Assembly (NCBI GenBank): GCA_030295235.1
Contig: AP026126.1
Location: 1,860,001 to 1,924,000 of the forward strand
Source of the DNA: Fistulifera solaris
Taxonomy: Eukaryota
Direction: 5' to 3'
Length of the DNA: 64,000 bases
The notes below the pieces were generated by a model that was not told where the DNA came from, ran no database searches, and saw only the letters and a list, made by a program, of their open reading frames with translations. Every line of letters begins with the position of its first letter. Position 1 is the stretch's first letter. The position numbers and the translations under genes are program-made. Shown here one piece after another: positions 61,507-64,000 of the stretch.

Positions 61507-62408
61507 ATTATATCTAGTGCTAATGTGTCGCTTAGTTTGTCTAGCGCGTGTACTCTTTTGTTACCGTAAGTTGATCAGTTGAAGCGGTTGTTAACAACTG
61601 GATTACTTTCAACAAGTTTCCTTTGCAAAGAAGCTCATTCAAATTGTTTTGCGTGTCATCGTTGGGCAAAAAAAATCCGATCAGAAAAAAAGGATCGATG
61701 GATACGACGAGAAGGAAGGTTAGCGGATGGAAGGTTGGACGAAACAAAATTGGCCAGTCTTGGGTAAAATGAGTCGTCAAGATAATACGAGATTATTCAG
61801 AATTAGACTCCTACATATGTAACCTCCTCTCGTCCTATTAGCCTGATAAACATTAAGTGTCATATCCACAGCATTTGAAATGCAAACTTTAATTCTGCAC
61901 GTACGGCTTGGTAGAATTACTATTCATGACTCAAATGCAGTCGTAGCGAAATTGACCTGCATGTAATTACGACATCGGAAACAGATGATCGCATTGAAAA
62001 TGTGATAAAAGGCTATTTCATTATAATCGAGACAAATACGCTACCGGTACCGGTACAATAGGCTAGAAAAGTAAATGAAGCTAAAGTGGTTCGGAAGAAA
62101 ACCTACTCATGACTGCAATGCAGTCGTAGCGAAAAAACGAACAACACTCCGGGCTATAGTAAAAATTGAAGAAGAAGATGATGATTACGGAGTATGATGT
62201 TATTGACGCGCGATGACGAATGACGAAGATGCAACATTGAAAAAGTGCATTGAGCAAATGTACAAGTACAAGTACCTTTCAAAACCTTTCTGCTTGCCAA
62301 GTATCCAGGTTTGCTTCTCATTAACCCATCGAGTGAGTACACGGACCTATTAGCCATACTTGAGGCAGATCGAATATTTTTGTTCCGATTTTTGAGAGTA
62401 ATTATCAA

Positions 62409-62976
62409 ATGGCCATCACAACCACTGCACGAACTGTTCTTGCCAGTCTAGGGCTCGTTCTATCGCTCTATGCAGTCTATGTTGAATACAAAATGGAACA
62501 TCTCGACGACGGCGAGGATTTCACCGCTCTTTGTGATATTGATGCGATAGGTGCTAGTTGTAGGTGAGTTTTCGGCATGCTTTGCACTTTTGAACGTTGG
62601 ATAGTTCTTGCGTTAGCATATCTGACGAATCGAATTTCTTTGGGGAATTTTTTGTAGCAAAACTTTCTCTCTCCCGGAAGGAAAGCTACTTTCTTACTTT
62701 GGGATTGTTCCGAGCGGCCATGCTCTCGATTTACCCAACGCTGCGTTGGGGTCTGTCTTCTATGCACAGTTGTTACTTCTTCGTCAACCGATCCGGCACT
62801 TTGTCTGCGCCGCGATGATGACTTCGATCTTCCTGGCATATCAGTTAACGTTCGTTTTGGGGGATTTATGTGTTCTTTGCTGGTCGACGCATGTCATCAA
62901 TACGATTTTGTTTTATAAGATTGTGCTGTCATCACTTCGGGGACCGGATGGTGCTGGGAAGAAAAAGACAACTTAA
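62409..62976 (+). CDS. Vitamin K epoxide reductase (VKORC1-like) (intron 62564-62657)
   Basis: GLVLSLYAVYVE, ALCDI...ASCS/KTF, PNAALG and CVLC (CxxC) active site; spliced in frame. Confidence 0.88.
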
Positions 62977-63078
62977 ATTCAGAATAACAGTTTTTTTGTC
63001 TTGACTCGTTTAAGACCTACGTTTGAATGAATAAGTTAGAAATTAGAAAGTGTTGTGGTTGCGAAAGAATTGAGGTAT

Positions 63079-63906
63079 TTAGGCTGAAGCTCGGTCGCTT
63101 TCATTTTCTTTCGACTCATCGGAAGAAGTTGTTTTTGGGTCTTTCTTTTTCGACGCTTGTTCATTTGCTAATACAGCCTTTTCTGTAGAGACGTTCTCTT
63201 GTAATTCTGCAGTGACTTCTTGTTGCTGCACTTGTTCTAGCTTGTCTTTTTCTTTTGTTGTTACTGTGTCAGCAATTGCGGTAGCGGCAGCGACTTGTCC
63301 CACCTTCTCTGATTCGTCGCTTTCCTTTGAAGATTCCTCGAACCAGGGAGGAACACCAGCTTCGTCTTTATCGACCCCAAGTCGCCTGGCTTGCCACTGA
63401 CCCATAACATTGGCCGCGGATACAAAACTCCAACCTCTCACGGTACCTTGCATGTAATAATAATCGTCGGCTGTGGTAGCCCAAATTTTCTTTCCCATGA
63501 TCAAAGACTCTTTACTAGCAGAAAAGAAGCCCGAAGCAATATCGATCGACCACTTTCCTTTCGAGTCATCTCCCCAAATAGCAACGTTGTTTCCGTCTTG
63601 ATCGACGGCACACCGTAACCATGTTTCTTCGATCTTATCGCGATTGTTATCCCAGTTTGTACCAACTAGCCATTCGGACCCAGCAAAATCACTTTCTGTC
63701 AATCGTTCAATTTCAATGTACTCGTAGTCATCGTCATCGTCGCCGCTGCTGTTTTCTGAGACTGCTGTTTCTATGTTCGATGAGGTTGTTGCGGTGCCGA
63801 GGCGATTTACGAAAGGTCTCTTTCGAATAGTTCTTGTGTCAGTGATTGACCATGACCACGAAATGTTGACGAGTAAGAACGGTAACAACGACAATATTGA
63901 TAACAT
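63079..63906 (-). CDS. Hypothetical protein with signal peptide (possibly plastid-targeted)
   Basis: Hydrophobic leader ending SWS-W, Trp-rich beta-type core and charged tail. Confidence 0.65.
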   Translation of the reverse strand: MLSILSLLPFLLVNISWSWSITDTRTIRKRPFVNRLGTATTSSNIETAVSENSSGDDDDDYEYIEIERLTESDFAGSEWLVGTNWDNNRDKIEETWLRCAVDQDGNNVAIWGDDSKGKWSIDIASGFFSASKESLIMGKKIWATTADDYYYMQGTVRGWSFVSAANVMGQWQARRLGVDKDEAGVPPWFEESSKESDESEKVGQVAAATAIADTVTTKEKDKLEQVQQQEVTAELQENVSTEKAVLANEQASKKKDPKTTSSDESKENESDRASA

Positions 63907-64000
63907 GATAATCGTTTGATATTAAAAATAATCGTAGAGGAGAAATAAATTGTTTTTCAAGGAAAAGTGCTGCTTGAATACAAAATCTAGCTTTTCAAAT

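Noticed and set aside
61252..61582. Pro-rich and Ser/Thr-rich plus-strand ORFs
   Set aside because: Antisense shadows of the fibrillarin RGG domain.

Overview
Gene-dense eukaryotic nuclear DNA with short GT-AG introns and several bipartite signal/transit N-termini, most consistent with a diatom (inference from gene style, not a database match). It holds about 35 protein genes, including a sirtuin, GT2, a MAK/CDK-like kinase, a PDZ/RGS-like/DENN protein, ERCC1, PDAT, CWC27, a class III adenylate cyclase, an ADP-ribosylglycohydrolase, RPP2, NTF2, fibrillarin and VKOR. Many conserved genes are split by single-base indels, most likely long-read assembly errors. The standout is a complete 7.1 kb PIF/Harbinger-type DNA transposon (38786-45895) with 49-bp TIRs, subterminal inverted repeats, a CTG target-site duplication and an intact intron-containing DDE transposase. 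It also carries three mutually homologous accessory genes whose shared domain has motifs reminiscent of the alpha-crystallin/HSP20 fold. Other notable items are a tandem triplication of a Cys-rich, putatively GPI-anchored surface-protein gene, a 34-bp minisatellite, and recurring intergenic GGTACC and TCATGACT motifs.
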